DNA of 63,224 nucleotides, the filler included, from Eremomyces bilateralis CBS 781.70 (Eukaryota), in the NCBI GenBank assembly GCA_010015585.1. It is 7 parts of 7 records of this genome, joined end to end, with 100 filler letters (N's around TTAATTAATTAA, not from the genome) between each part and the next. Parts side by side here need not be neighbours in the genome. Positions count along the whole stretch, not along the records: positions 21,458 to 35,031 come from ML975159.1; positions 35,132 to 51,323 come from ML975161.1; 5 more parts are not named here. One strand, 5' to 3'. Shown here one piece after another: positions 23,718 through 35,464 of this stretch; positions within the stretch are counted from its first letter, which is position 1, and the number at the start of each line of letters is the position of its first letter. The translations under genes and the position numbers were made by a program. The notes under the pieces are model-generated. The model did no database searches. It was not told the origin of the DNA and saw only the letters and a program-made list of their open reading frames with translations.

Positions 23718-25217
23718 ATGGCCACCACTACGCCTGATGCGTCCTTGAAAACACGAGAGGAAGTCTTAGACAGCGTCGTCTCCCTTGCGAGGCTCTTCAG
23801 CACCACCGTCGAAGCGTTCGGCAAAATCCATCCTAGGGAATTGAATCACAACCAGCAAATCGCTCTCACATGCCTTGGGATCGAACAAGGCCGACTCTTG
23901 ATCTGGGGCAATGCAGTGGGAATTTCATCCCCTCCCGCAACCATTGCGAAGCATATGATCCCGTCCCGCCCGGGAGACTTCAATCCTGATCCCACGGCCC
24001 CCGTCAATTTCATCCCTCGCGATCCACGGCTGGATGACCCCGACGTGCGAACCACGGTCGAAACATGTCTCCGCGATCTCGTCGACCGGCCCGCCCATCT
24101 TCCCCGGGTGGAAATGATGCGCGCCTTTGGCCTCAAGCAACCCCGACCCAACAGCCAAACCGCTGCCCCCAAAACCCTCGACCACAACCGGCTCGAAGGA
24201 TTCCGCGAGCAGTTCTCCATCCTGTGCGACCTCGTGGATGAACCGGCCTCTGAACGCCGACGCATGTCCATAATCATGGACGATTGGATCATCCACAACG
24301 CGCAGCAGTTCAGCACATTCGTGCAGTTCGCCCGCGAGCACGTCGATACCCTGATCGCGTTAATGGACGTCCAGGCGCAAGTTGACAAGGGTATGGAGAC
24401 CGATATCCGCACGCTGGGATGGCATCCAACACCCACTAGTACGATCATCGGACGCGACAAGGCGAAGCTCAACCTGATCCGCGAGGCGTGTGCGGACTCA
24501 TATCCGGACTACACCCGCGCTGCAAAGGCCGCCCTGGCACACATCAGCAAGCCCCCCCCTTCCGCCAACAGCGAGGAACCCGCACCCCGCTCCCGGGAAT
24601 CCTCAACGATCTCCAACCCAGTCCACGCCTTGGTCGACCGCGTCGATGCCATGGTCCATCGATCCAGCGACCAACGCCGGCCCACCGGCTTCCAAAAGTT
24701 CAAGAAGGTGTTCAGCCGCAGGAAAAAGACCCGCAGCGACGCGCCAATCGCCGACACCCAACCCACCGACCCCAACTCCTCCACAGCGACGGCCCAACCC
24801 GCCTTATCGTCTCAGCTCGCCGCCACGAGGTCGCTCTCCGTCGAAGACCCACGGGGCCCCAACCCCTCGCCGGAATCCGCCCCGCCGAAGCCGAGCACGA
24901 TCCTCGCCCAGGCTTCCGCGTCACATTCGGACATGGCGCACCCGGGAAATCCGATCGGCGTGTCGAAGGGGAGTACCCCGAAACGAAGCGACAGCGATCT
25001 AGCGTTCTTGGGATGTCAGTCGACGTATGGTTTTGAGGAGGTGAATCGGCGGGGTGAACAGCGGCAAGCGGAGCGGGAGGAGAATTTGCAGGCGATGGGG
25101 GAGAGGTCGGAGATCCTGGGGGGGGTGGAGTCGGTGCCGGGAGGGGAGGCGATTGATGAAGCGCTGGGTGTCGCGAGAGACGGCGATGGTCCTGCCTCTG
25201 GGACGGGGGTAAACTAG
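23718..25217 (+). CDS. HeLo (prion-inhibition/HET-S N-terminal) domain protein with low-complexity C-terminal tail
   Basis: VVSLARLFSTTVEAF...LGIEQGRLLIWGNAVGI and WIIHNAQQFSTFVQFAREHVDTLIAL resemble HeLo signatures; intact 499-aa ORF. Confidence 0.8.
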   Translation: MATTTPDASLKTREEVLDSVVSLARLFSTTVEAFGKIHPRELNHNQQIALTCLGIEQGRLLIWGNAVGISSPPATIAKHMIPSRPGDFNPDPTAPVNFIPRDPRLDDPDVRTTVETCLRDLVDRPAHLPRVEMMRAFGLKQPRPNSQTAAPKTLDHNRLEGFREQFSILCDLVDEPASERRRMSIIMDDWIIHNAQQFSTFVQFAREHVDTLIALMDVQAQVDKGMETDIRTLGWHPTPTSTIIGRDKAKLNLIREACADSYPDYTRAAKAALAHISKPPPSANSEEPAPRSRESSTISNPVHALVDRVDAMVHRSSDQRRPTGFQKFKKVFSRRKKTRSDAPIADTQPTDPNSSTATAQPALSSQLAATRSLSVEDPRGPNPSPESAPPKPSTILAQASASHSDMAHPGNPIGVSKGSTPKRSDSDLAFLGCQSTYGFEEVNRRGEQRQAEREENLQAMGERSEILGGVESVPGGEAIDEALGVARDGDGPASGTGVN

Positions 25218-25514
25218 AATCCACCGGGAGATAGCTCTAGAGAGGTGATATATGGAGGCTGGAAATGGATGGGATGGAGAGTTCATGCGGTGTGGATTCG
25301 GAGTTGTCTGAGTCCACACCCACTGGCGTCGGACATTAATTGTTAAGCATTGATATTGTTTGCACAGAATACCCCTACAGCTTAGCATTCACAAAATTGC
25401 TACTTAGTTAGCCATCACCATCGACATTACTCCATAATCTCACCAAATTCATTTCTCAAATGTCCGTCTATATAACCCCCAAGCTCCCAACTCTATCTAC
25501 ACCTAGTTTTCCTA

Positions 25515-27351
25515 CTACAACTTCTCCTTCAAACTCGCCCTCAACCGCCTCTCCACCGCATCCAAATACTCTTTCGTCACAACCCAACTCGCCCGGTCCT
25601 TGCGCCCGCACGCCAACGCCAAATCCTTCGTCATCACCCCATCCACATCCACCGTATCGATGCACGCGCGCTCCAAGCTCTCCGCGAACGCCACCACCTC
25701 CGGCGTCCCGTCCAGCTCGCCGCGCTTCGCCAGCCCCCGTGTCCACGCGAAGATGCTCGCGATCGGGTTGGTCGAGGTCTCGTTGCCTTTCTGGTGCTCG
25801 CGGTAGTGGCGGGTGACGGTGCCGTGGGCGGCTTCCGCTTCGAAGGATTTGCCGTCGGGGGTGATGAGGACGGAGGTCATGAGGCCGAGGGAGCCGAAAC
25901 CTTGGGCGACGATGTCGGATTGGACGTCGCCGTCGTAGTCTGGGATGGTTAGTTGGTTGGAATGATTTAAACCCCGAACGCTCCGGGGGTAATTTTGGGA
26001 CGATGTTCACGGGGCTGCATGGATGGAAAAGGGAGGAACACGTACTCTTCATAGCAATGATGTAGCCACCCTCGCTCTTGATCATCTGCGCGACCATATC
26101 GTCGATCAAACGATGCTCATACCAGATCTTGTTCGCCTCGAACTCCTTTTCATACGTAGCCTCGTACACCTCCTGGAAGACATCCTTAAACCGGCCATCG
26201 TACGCCTTCAGGATCGTGTTCTTCGTGCTCATGTACAACGGCATCTTCTTCATCAACGCGAGCTTGAAGCTGGCGTGTGCGAATCCGCGGATCGACTCCG
26301 TCGTGTTGTACTGCGTCTGCGCCACGCCGCCCTCCGCCGGGAAGTCATACACTTGGATCACCTCCGGCTTGCCGCCTTTGGGGGTGTACACCATCTCGAG
26401 GGTGCCTTCTCCCGGGATCACGCGGTCTTTCGCGCGGTATTGGTCGCCGAAAGCGTGGCGGCCGATGATGATGGGGGCTTTCCAGCCGGGCACGAGGCGG
26501 GGGATGCGGGGGATGACGATGGGTTCGCGGAAGACGGTGCCGCCGCTGGGGGGACGAGTTAGTTGCGAGGGATATGGAAGGGGGGAGGGGAAAGCTCACA
26601 GGGCGTTACGGATGGTGCCGTTCGGAGAGAGCCACATCTTCTTGAGCTTGAACTCCTCGACGCGAGCCTCGTCGGGGGTGATGGTGGCGCATTTGATGCC
26701 GACAGCGTATTTCTTGATGGCTTCGGCGGCATCGTGGGTGACTTGGTCGTCGGTCTGGTCGCGGTATTCCAGGCCCAGGTCGTAGTATTTGATGTCGATG
26801 TCGAGATATCTGATAGAAAGTTAACCGAGGAGGCCTTAGGTGGCCGGCCGATATACGTACGGGAAGATGAACTGGATTTGTCAATAACTGCTCCTCAGGA
26901 GGTTTTGAGGATATCATACCTTGTCCTTGATATCTTGCCAGATGATCCTGGTCATCTCATCACCGTCCAGCTCCACCACTGGGTTCTTAACCTTGATCTT
27001 CTTGATTCCGGTCGCCATGGTTCTTCTTTGCGTGACGTTCGTCCGGGGAAATCTTCTCGATGCCGATCCGGATGTATGCGGGGTGACGAAAGCAACGCCG
27101 GTACCGGTTGCTAATCGCTGGAAGGCAGAAGGCGTGAAGGTACTTGAAGTGGTAGAGGCAAATCGAGTCGCAACAGCAGCACAACGAGCTCCCACTGTAT
27201 GCATGTCTCGCGTGCGTAAGGCGAGGTGTTTGGAGAATATTAAGTCGGTTCGGGAAGAGGAGTGCGGCGTCGCAGCAGCAGAAGAACAGACGAGGTTAAC
27301 GGCGCAGCGGCTCTGCGCCGTTTGCGTGCAAATGAGACGTGGTGCCGCCAT
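25515..27351 (-). CDS. IDP1: NADP-dependent isocitrate dehydrogenase, spliced, with N-terminal presequence
   Basis: [68 protein letters not shown]; ends EKL. In-frame ATGs at 27351, 27204 and 27018; the true start is uncertain. Confidence 0.96.
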
Positions 27352-28619
27352 TGACAACCGAGTTAGCGTGTGGACTGGATGTACGGAAGAATACTGCTGT
27401 TGACTGCGGTAGATCCGAAAGCCGCTGCGGCCTGCGGGCGAGGGGAAGGGAACGGTTGGTCTGGTTGGTCGAAGGCTTTGTGTGGACGATGAGCTAGTGA
27501 GTAGCGGGAAGGTTGGATTGGCCGATGGTCTATCGTGCGATTCTCCACGGGATGGGATTCGTCATTTGGGAGGGAAGGGTGGGAAATGGATGTACCGCCG
27601 TGAAGCCGTTTTAGCGAAAGTGGAGGTGGAAGTGGGGGGTTGCGTGGGTTTCGGATATTAATTTGATGTGACCGACTTATTACCACTTATTACCGAGAGA
27701 GCAGAGGGACAAAGGGACAACGGCCTCAACGAAGCCGAGCAGAGGAGCTGCTGAGTTTCCATGATCAGATTCTGTGAATAATAAGAATACGAATGCCAAC
27801 AATGCCAATAAGACCACCTCGTAGACCATAGTGCATGCCGCCGTCAGCTTCCTATTTGGGCGTTGGAGGAGAATCCTGGATGGTCACACTGCAGTTCTGC
27901 ACTCCATGCAACGGCCGATCTCATCACAACGGGGGATTGGTCAGGATAGATGATGGATCAGTAATGCTGTGGGGGGTTGACCGGGTAATAGGGTAATGAG
28001 ATACATGAATGGAGGGAGGGGGTTCTGTGAGATCAGACAAGTATGAACTATGATTTATGAAGTATCGATTCATTTAAGTACGGCAGCTTGTATCGGACTT
28101 TCGATGATATCATTAATAGAAGACCATAATGAGAACCATGCCGCTATCCGCCTAGCGATGAAGCCGCCGGGAATAGCTCAGCCAAGTACCTATTAGTTAT
28201 TCCCTATTACCGCAATAGGTATGTAGTTCAACTCAGGTTACAACCGGACCGAATGTTCGGGATCCCGAGAACAACCGCTCGGTATGACGTTCAACCGAAA
28301 ACATCCTATTCCCGTCCAGGTACGGAGGGCAGAATGGAGTCTAGGGTTCAGGACAGACAGAGTCCAGAGCCCAGAGGTTTCTAAGGAAATGGAAGCCACG
28401 AGAATTAGGTGCGAAATGGTGCAAAATCGATGACCTGCATATATTCCAAGCAGAACGGCGTCCAAGCCACTGGGGTATCTTGTACCATGTCTACTTAGGT
28501 AGCTAGTACTTAAACTCGCTTATGGATGTACTATGTAAATACCTGTTAGGACATGGACAGTATGGACAACCGTTCCTATATCCAACACAGGATCCGACCT
28601 ACCCAGCCCCCTTATTTCC

Positions 28620-29931
28620 TCACACCTTCGCCATCCGACCCGGATTCACCGTACACTCCGGCGGCCTTGTCGGCGCCTCCCCCCTCCCCCTCCTCTCTCC
28701 CCTCATGACCTCCGCCCTAACCAACACCGGAATCACCCCGCCGGTTGTCAACCCAAACCCCCGATGTCCCAGCGCCTCCAACGTCGCCCCAATCGCCCCC
28801 GAGTGGCTACTAAACGAGATCCACGTGTTCCCATCGCCCTCGAACACCTCATCTAGTAGCTCCGCCATCCGCACCACCCGCGCGCTGAACGTCTCCCGCT
28901 CGTCGGCCTTCCATAGCGGATCGAGATCCGGGAAGTCAGACTCGAAGGACACCGAGGGGTAGTTTGCGGAGATCCACGATTTCGGGTGGCGGCGGTCGCA
29001 GGTGTGCACGCCGATTGATTCACGGAGGAGCTGGGGTGGTCAGTGGGCTACTCCATTCGCGTGGAATGGACGGGAGCCGAGCACTCACCTCTTTGACCAC
29101 GGGTTTGAACGGTCGGGTCGCCGGTAGGTCGAGCCCGTCGAAGGTGACGTTCGCTGTCTGGATGCATCGCTGCAAGGGGCTGGAATAATAGCTCTCCGGC
29201 GCCGGGATCTTCGCGACAGTCAGCGCGGTCGACCAGAAGTCGTGCGCGATCTGCGCTTGGTCGCGGCCGATGGGGGTGAGCTCCGCGTCATCCCAGACGA
29301 GCGTGCCGTCGCCGTCAAGGAGGGACCAGTAGCACTGCTCATGCCGTCAGCAATTCCGATGCCTCTTTGCTGGCGGGGTAAAGGGTCGTGGAGCGTACGT
29401 CCCAGGCTTCGGTACCGTAATGCGCCTCCGCAACGTTGTGATAGCCTTCCCCATGCCGTCCTATGATCAGCACTTTATATGCCACCCCACCTCCACACTC
29501 GCGATTGAGGCTGTCCACGTAGTATGCGAATCGCTCCCATTGCATCCTCCGACCGTGGGGATCAAATAGCTCGTCGGTAGGATAGGTGCGGTTGATCAAC
29601 CCCAGGTTAACCTTCGTCTACGGATATGTTAGCCCAGGCCCATCGCAATGCCACTCCCGCTTCTGCCGTATCGCAAGGCAAGGTAGATATATGTTGCACG
29701 TACGTAGTCGAACGTGGACGGGTCCGTCGTCGGGTCATCCTGGAGGAAGAATCCCGTCACCGTCGTATACTTCAGATGCGTCGGTCGTCCACCATCGGCA
29801 TCACCGTGTCGCCAACCGAGTTCCTCCCCCATTCCTACTTCCGCGAAGCAGAGGAAGTAGGTCGCGAGTGCGATGAAGATGAACAGTGAGGGTCTAGCCA
29901 GGACGAGGGTAAGCCACCGGTACGACACCAC
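28620..29931 (-). CDS. Histidine phosphatase / phosphoglycerate mutase-like protein (Pmu1-like), spliced; start uncertain
   Basis: GFFLQDDPTTDPSTFDY, LIIGRHGEGYHNVAE (RHG motif), SSPLQRC, HTCDRR, SFSSHSGAI. Confidence 0.88.
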
Positions 29932-30602
29932 GAGCTGGACGAGCTATGATGAGACAAAAAAGGCAGGAAACTATACGGTGGAGGTGGCAGAGCAGCATTT
30001 TTGAAGGGCTCTAGCGCTACGAGAAGGAATCGTGCGCGGAACATGGGAAATTGGGCGGCTCGTACATGATGATGGAGATATGGTCAAGGTTCCTGTGTCC
30101 GAGCCATGGTCGCATCGCCGAGTGCTGGTAGTCGCGGTATGGCACTAGGTCTCCTCGACAAAGACAGAAATGAAGCTCATGGACTGCGACTGGAAATAAT
30201 GCGCTAGCCAATGAAATATTACGAGAATGCTACCGAATTTGAAAGACTGACGTTTAACTTAGAATGGCAAGATGGAACTTAGCCTGGGGTCATCGATATT
30301 GACGTGGCTGAGGGCAAGAAACTGAGCCAAACTAGGAGTAAGAACAGATCTCGTGGGGAATATGGTATGGAATATGGGTTCAACAGCTCGCGATTGAGAT
30401 TAACGTGGATACTGAATAAGGCTCTACAGAGAGTGGTCGACGACAATGGTGGAAATACTGGTTTTCTAAAACGTCAATAGTTAACTATGCTTCGATTATG
30501 CTAGTGCGTGAGGATCGCTATACAGCGCCACCAACGCAGGGGATATCAAGCATGTCCAAGCAGCATGGATCTATGCATCTAACCAACGATTCAGACCAAG
30601 TT

Positions 30603-32862
30603 CTACAAATTCCTCATCGTATTCCCACTCGCGCTTCGTCTCGCCGCCTTATCGAACCGGCTCCGCACCCGCCCTGTATCCCCCGTCGGCGCCGCCGCTC
30701 CCTTCTTCTTCCCCCTCGGCACGAACGAGACCTCCTTCTCCCCAACCACGGTCACATTCTGCGCCCCTTCATCTCTCGTCCGTTCCTTTAGCGACACCAC
30801 CCGACTCCCGAACGACTTCTCCGTCCGGTGCACCGGTTTGCTGGCCGCCGTTGAGGACGACACGTGCATCGCCGGGGGAGCCTGCCTCGCTGGTTTGGGC
30901 TTCGATCGCTTCGTTATACTCGTCTTTTCTTCCTCCGATGACGATTCGTCGCTCTCGCTCGATCCACGTATATCCTGCATCTCCTCTTCCTCAACGGCAG
31001 TGAGGCCCCGCGGCAGCGGTGTCGGCGCCTCCACCTTGGTGCTGGCGTTGTGTAACAGAAACTCGCGCGACGTCTCGTCGATCTCGAAGTCCTCGTCCTG
31101 GAACAGCCCGGTGAATCGCGAGTCGCCAAGAATGTTGGTGGTCGCGGATTTGGTCTCTCCCCCTGCTTCCGCGACGCCGTCCACGGCATCTTCGCCGGGT
31201 TGCGCAGCGGCGGCTTGTTCTTCGAGGAGGTCCTCGTCGCCACCAAGTTCGAGAACTCGTTGGGCTCGCTTTCTTTCGTTCTTGGCTTCTTTCTCGAGCA
31301 TGCGCTCTACGAGCTTGCGGTTGACCTTGACACTGACCTTCTTCTTGCCTCGGATGCGGCTCTCGCGCTCCTTGCTGATTTTCGCTTGGACGGTCTTCGC
31401 CCGCTGCTCCTGCCATAGATCGGGGTTCGATATCAACCGTGCCTCCTCGTACAGCCGCTGCGCGACGAAATAACCGTGCATATACGGCCGAAGCAGCCTC
31501 GTGGTCCCGATCAAGTGATCCAGATTCAGTTCGCGCAGCTGGGGGAGGGTAAGGAATTTGAAGTTGTCGTACACGGACCCTGCTTGCTGGCCCATGAAGG
31601 AGTTCGGATCGTCCGCATCCTCGGCCATCTCCTCCACGATGTTGTCGAGGAACGAGCACCATTTCGGCGCCGGGCCTAGCTGCGGGATGAAGAACGCATG
31701 TTGCTGTCGCCCTTCGTTTGCGGTGAGGAACATCCCGCTATCCGGACACCATGCGACGTGGTGAAGGTCAACGGCAGGCTCGACCGAAGTCCATGGCTTT
31801 CCGGTGTCTTGATCCCAAATTTTGATGATTCGTTTGTCGGAGGAGAGGACTTTGGGGGTGGTGATTTGTGAGCGGGAGGTCGCGGAGGAATTGAGGAATA
31901 TGAGGTTTTGGATGGGGTAGCCGTAGCCTTGATCCTTCTTGAGTAGCGGAACAGGAGATCGTAGATCGTATAGATGGACCAAGCCGGACGATGATCCAGC
32001 TGCTAATGTCAGACCGGACTGGTGGAATTCGAGAGCGGTGATTTCTGCCTTCCCTGTCAAAGGCGCCGAATCGAAGGGTGGCGTCAGTATCCCAACTCTG
32101 CCTCTTGACCTCGGGTCCCAGAACTCCACCGTTCCTATCGATGTTCCGAAAGCGAGTAGATTGTGACTGTCCTCCGCCACTGCTGCAGTATTCACTGCTC
32201 CTACACCAGCGCTGCCCTGCAATGATCCGCCACCAAAAGCGGTGGTATCGTCTCCACCAACATCAACTTCATACCCTTTCATAAACCGCCCCACCTCGAG
32301 ATTCAGTCGGAACACTTCGCCATTTCCATCCTCATTCACTCCAACTGACGGAATAAGCGCTTCACATGAGTTCTTGCAGTATTTGAGATCTCTCCCAAAG
32401 CGGGGTACTCTGGTTGAGTAGTGAAGTCCTTGTCGGGTCTGGAAGTCAATCCGACGGTCGGTTTGAAGATGTAATGATTTCGAATAGTCGGAGGAGAGGA
32501 GTATGAAAGTTTGATTGAGCGAGTCGGTATGTCTTGCATACGACAGTGACAGGTGAGGGAGATAATGTGTGTGTATCTGCGGCTTATATGTTCCTGTTCT
32601 CGAGTTAGCCTTCGCAGCGGAGAGGAATAAATGCAACCCAAATACCGGTACTCATGACCCATTCGCCATCTTCGCTTATCCGAACGCATTGACTCGCTTC
32701 CTCGAACTCGAAGTCTTGAAGCAATTCCACGCGGTTCGCATACTCGGGGTCCTTTTTGAGGCTTCGTTTCCGTTGGCGCGCAAGCCATTCTGGGAGAGGT
32801 CGGGCGGTCGAGGATCCCGAGATGGTATATACCGGGACAGCGGAGTGATTTGAGATCTTCAT
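30603..32862 (-). CDS. ENP2: Ribosome biogenesis protein Enp2/NOL10 (WD40 + NUC153)
   Basis: RPLPEWL, NRVELLQDFEF, one intron near 32596-32642, TYKPQ, IPQLGPAPKWCSFLDNIVEEM, YMHGYF, DSRF..LF.DEDFEIDE. Confidence 0.95.
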
Positions 32863-33887
32863 GATGCCCTCCGCATTCGAGACGTTTCGTCGCGGAAAGT
32901 TTATGGGGCGATCCTTGGATGCTTCAAGAGCAGAAAGTTGGACTCGGACTTAAAATTTCCGCCAAGCCGTAGGGCTGACAGGGATGTGTTTTTTTAGCGG
33001 GTAAGTTTAAGTCACGTGCGGTGAGCTCAACCTCCCCTAACCCCTTCGATCTCGTCTCTTTGTTGAAGAACTGGTGTCAACTCTAGGAGTCTAGGTGGCA
33101 ACGGGTTTGTAAATGGCTGGTCCCATTTACAGGTATCCCGGTGGCTAAGATCCAACAGGTAAGTTAGACCAATGAATTATTCACGCATATGCTTTGTAAA
33201 ATCTTGATCCAGAGCGGGTCACCGCCAGGCATTTCCAGCACATCCCAACTCTCATATTGTCGGCTGTTTTGTCTCCATCCATGTCCTATTTCGATGCTAC
33301 CTTTCCTTGGTCTTAGATCTAGTATTCTATTGTTCCCTTATCCTTTGTGCTTCTAACCGTTGTCATTTGTGCTCGGCCGTGTCAAAACATGGCCATGAAT
33401 ACCAGTACACTATCATTGTATCTCAGACGATGAGAGATCATTATACTGCATTTCTAATATTTAAGCCATCTTTGGCCTGACGAAATATTTTACGAGTCAG
33501 AAACACCCTCAGAAATATCCATAAAGGTACACTCCTAAGGTGGTGTAATCACAAAGCGGTGTATATGTGACACCACCTGGCTAGTCAACAGGCACGAGGA
33601 ATATGGTCAAGTCTGTCAAGTTCATTCTGGCCACTATGGGTTTCTACACGCCCCTACTCAAGGATCCTGAGTTTTGGCTTTTGCCAGTATATTCTAATCA
33701 TAATGAGGATGGCCCCGAGGACTTCCATAACGATGATTCCGACATCGACAATTCCGACTTTGGCGGTTCTGACCTCGACGATTCACAATTCTAACAGCAA
33801 TGCTTCCGATCCGACCCTTGTTAACATATACCTTACTGCGGTATATAGATATCTGTAATTGAAATGGTTTGGTTTGGCTGGGCCTAA

Positions 33888-33983
33888 CCGCTCGCTTGTA
33901 TTGACCACTCGCTTGTAGAGTACGCTAACTAAGTTAACACTTAACTAACTAACTAAGTTAACTTAAGTTAGTTAGTTAAGTTA
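33888..33983. repeat. Degenerate pogo TIR end followed by a TA-(AC/GT/ACT/AGT) array
   Basis: CCGCTCGCTTGTA...CTCGCTTGTAGAGTACGC resembles the reverse complement of the 19868 TIR; it is followed by TAACTAAGTTAACACTTAACTAACTAACTAAGTTAACTTAAGTTAGTTAGTTAAGTTA. Confidence 0.7.
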
Positions 33984-34579
33984 ATAATCCATTGTGTTGA
34001 TGTTATCCTGACTGAAATTCCTCGATTTTTTTTAACACGGATCCCATTCTGAACACCGGTACCGACATAATATTAGAAAAATCAGGCAACTAATACTATT
34101 GTATCTTATATCATAGGTATTGGGTACATTGTATGATGACTACTTGAACCGTCTCGTGTTCGACCAAACGTACCATTTTATACAATCCGAAGTCAGGAAC
34201 ATATTCATATTGTACAACTACCGGCATCGAAATTTGGGAATAAACAGCGTCAACAGCTACTAAGAACTATGGCCGCAGCTATGCTCTGCGTGTGCCACCC
34301 GCCCCCCCTTATCAAACTATCTTAGATCATATTTGGTCGGATAATTGATTCCTTGTAGTCCTGGTCCTGGCATTTTTGATGACTTGCACGCTCATATACA
34401 CTCAGCAAGGTCTTTGACGGTTGGGTCAGACTCGGGGGGCACAGGACAGCAATGAGGATGATTGAGATGAAGACAACGATGAGGATTCCAGAACAGTGAG
34501 TTCCAGCAGCCCAGATTCCGAGAGGACCGTCGTTCGCTGATGAACGCTAATATTAGGGCGACTGGTCTTCACCCAGAAG

Positions 34580-35031
34580 TAGAGCTCCGAAATGAATAAA
34601 TGAATACGAATATGGCCCTTATTCATATTCGCTCTTCACGAATATGAATAATATGAATATTATTCATATGAATATGCCCAATATTCATAGTCATATTCGT
34701 ATTCATATTTATTCATATATCTCTCCGGGAATTTGTTGTTCCGGGCCGACCCGTTTCCTCTTCCTATAGTTATATGCTATCGTCTTGCTTGTCAATAGAC
34801 AGATTTCAGTCCAGTTCCTATGCCAGAGCATAGGCAGGTGTTTTTTGCGCTGCTTTGAGCCGTGCTGCGAATAGCCATGAGTTTGGATCCCATATATCCC
34901 GTATGTCTAGGTACGGGACCCTATTCAATTGCAGGTAGAGAGCGATTGAAAGATTGCCTCTCATTCCCAATATCATTTTTATTCAAATTTCTGCGCAAAC
35001 AACCTCTCAAACGTCAACGCTGTCTAAATCC
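34580..35031. mobile_element. Probable hAT transposon end (TAGAGCTCCG terminus, GAATAT/ATATTC subterminal array)
   Basis: Abrupt TAGAG start followed by dense direct and inverted GAATA/TATTC repeats at 34592-34720; runs into the contig linker. Confidence 0.6.
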
Positions 35032-35131
35032 NNNNNNNNNNNNNNNNNNNNNNNNNNNNNNNNNNNNNNNNNNNNTTAATTAATTAANNNNNNNNNNNNN
35101 NNNNNNNNNNNNNNNNNNNNNNNNNNNNNNN

Positions 35132-35464
35132 GAAGATGATAATCAACTCTCTCGGAGCGAAGACGGCGCTTCCCAAGAGACATGGATAAGTCATCCATAT
35201 TAAGAAAGAAGTTGCAACATATTGATATGCTTTGTATCTCTTAGAGCTCAAATCCTCTAGTTGGAGCATGTTGGGTAAACAAAAGTCGCGACTGCTGGGC
35301 ATTCATTCATTGGCTCGGCTTTTGCCGAATAAGTCTTGGCATTATTTACGAATATTCGCGAATAATACGAATAAAACGTCTCGAAATTTAGTCGAATACG
35401 AATAATCGTTCCCAGGGAAAAGTCGAATACGAATAGCCAAAATCCTTATTCGTGTCCAGCCCTA
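35132..35464 (-). mobile_element. Second copy of the hAT 5' end seen at 21880-22212
   Basis: About 333 bp that appear identical by eye, ending CGTGTCCAGCCCTA, with a different flank. Confidence 0.9.

Noticed and set aside
28104..28113. ATGATATCAT as a CYS-3 box
   Set aside because: Isolated hit with no sulfur-related gene nearby; consistent with chance frequency.
24488..32284. Many overlapping 60-230 aa ORFs in the GC-rich core genes
   Set aside because: Alternative-frame and antisense artefacts of high GC3 in the HeLo gene, IDP1, the phosphatase and ENP2.
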